Source: Hemiscyllium ocellatum (Eukaryota). Taken from it: a stretch of DNA of 64,000 nt. The notes beneath the pieces are model-generated. The model was given only the letters and a program-made list of their open reading frames with translations. It did not search any database and had not been told where the DNA came from. The translations under genes were made by a program, and so were the position numbers. The stretch lies in the NCBI RefSeq assembly GCF_020745735.1, contig NC_083417.1, positions 48,360,001-48,424,000 on the forward strand. The letters are read 5' to 3'. Shown here piece by piece: positions 62,540 through 64,000 of this stretch. Positions within the stretch are counted from its first letter, which is position 1, and each line of letters begins with the position of its first letter.

Positions 62540-62786
62540 CCCATCTGCTTGTGTGATCACACTGGCTGCTATAGCTACTTCTGTCATCTTTTTCATCTTC
62601 AAGCAGTGCTTCCGCTGTTACTACTTTAGTTGATGGGTCCAAAAACCACCACTCTGGTACATTGCTGGATCTTTGTCAGGGACGTTGGTGTCAAAGGATC
62701 CTTTTGAATCATCTACAAAAGCTGACAATTTTTTAAAATCCAAATGCACCATTCCAGGCAGATTTATGAATGACATATTTTGTTTC
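62540..62786 (-). other. Candidate start-codon exon: 5'UTR plus MKKMTEVAIAASVITQADG (ATG at 62596, phase 0)
   Basis: Acceptor ttttctcttttcaaatag, donor GGG|gtatgt, A at -3 of the ATG, GC-richer unique island in AT-rich flanks; no frame is open across the whole exon. Confidence 0.45.
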
Positions 62787-63619
62787 CTATTTGAAAAGAG
62801 AAAACAAAAACATGAAAAGCACTGTATAGACAGTCACTTCTCAAACAACAACTATAATCCTTCCCAGTTCTGGACTCTTACAACAAGTCTGTAGCGATGT
62901 TTGTTAGGTGTCATTTGTAGTGTACAAGAATCCAATTTGGGGTTCACTTATCATGCTTTAAATTTCTCAGATCTACTCAAGGGTTACTGCCCCATTCACA
63001 TGTTAAGAATTCTATTAGTTTGTTTCACTTTGACTTTCTTTCTAATTAAAATGAGATTCTGCATATTTTTTATTTGAATAAATGAAATGAAAGTGACTAA
63101 AATTCCTAAAGAAATAATCTCAAATATAACATAAAATATTCTATAGAAATTATGTTTATTCATTAGAATTAAGAACTGACTTTAAGGAAAAATCAAATTT
63201 TAAAATGTATTCATTTACAGTGGATTCTATCTTATCATTCATTTTATTGTTGTTTTCAATTTATTGGACAAAAATTTAATTATGATGCACATTAGAGGAA
63301 AACACAGAAAATTGCTTTTTTTTAAAAAAACCAGCATTGATCGTTGTTAATCTTTATCACCCTCAGTAAGAAAGACAAAATTATATTTCGTCAACAAGGA
63401 ACTGATCCTCTTGACAATTAAAAGAAATTAAAACTTGCAAATTTTGAAATTCTTTTATCTTGTTCTATTAATCATAGATAAACAGAATAATGTGATGGTT
63501 TATAACAACAATGGGGATTTGTCTTGTAAAACAATGGCTGGAGATTTCCACTTATGCTTATATTAATTGTGAGAAAAATCTTTTAAACCTTCCGTCTTCT
63601 AAAAATATTGCCAACAACT

Positions 63620-63825
63620 TAATTGGCTGGATTGTTGGTTTACAGAGCAGTGTGACGCCAACAGCATGGGTTCAATTCCCATCACCGGTTTGAGGTTACC
63701 ATGAAGGACTCTCCTTCTCAAACTCATCCATCGCCTAAGGTCTGGTGGTCGTCAGGTTAAATCACCACCAGTTGTTACTCTCTAATGAAAACCAACCCAA
63801 CAATCTGGTAAGACTATAGCAACAC
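63620..63825 (+). mobile_element. tRNA-type SINE of a second family
   Basis: B box gggttcaattcc followed by gaggttaccatgaaggactctccttctcaa...caggttaaatcaccaccag...ggtaagactat. Confidence 0.65.
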
Positions 63826-64000
63826 AACAAAGAATTACATTAAGTCAGCACTCACAAACATCTCCATTATTCACAGCTAACTCGTTTTGACAAAACTAAA
63901 CTTCTAAATATTTGTCTTCATTCAGCTTTCACATTTTAAATTGGTGGTCCCAAGTTCTATGTCATCAATAATGTATTCACTTGCTTGACTAAAAAAAAAT

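Noticed and set aside
62540-62596. Faint resemblance of MKKMTEVAIAASVITQADG to the PDE4B1 first coding exon
   Set aside because: Too short, and no following PDE4-like exon found in the 62 kb downstream; no symbol assigned
1-64000. CRISPR arrays, rRNA or prokaryotic operons
   Set aside because: None seen; the sequence is vertebrate repeat-rich DNA

Overview
Repeat-dense, AT-rich vertebrate DNA, almost certainly a shark: HE1/V-SINEs, HER1/CR1 LINEs and DeuSINE relics are present, and the (TCTAA)n SINE tails suggest a carpet shark (inference). There is no recognisable host protein. A few well-bounded minus-strand exon candidates and CNE-like AT-rich tracts suggest the window lies in the long 5' introns of an unidentified minus-strand gene. 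The main feature is a set of Penelope-like (PLE) insertions carrying minimal hammerhead ribozymes (HHR). One is a young, 5'-truncated RT+GIY-YIG element (23084-25522) with a 691-bp inverted arm, a 12-bp TSD and intact HHRs on both strands. One is a 210-bp mini-element that is a perfect 85-bp palindrome folded at an intact HHR (46745-46954). About nine older relatives come from at least four sequence families. Most share one geometry: TSD, inverted arm, forward copy, 30-40 nt unpaired tail, TSD. The HHR stems covary between families, and old copies lose the catalytic G by CpG decay. Also present: decayed Harbinger and Gypsy elements, a CR1 with a twin-priming-type inversion, and several nested insertions. 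All calls are by eye and repeat boundaries are approximate unless a TSD is quoted.
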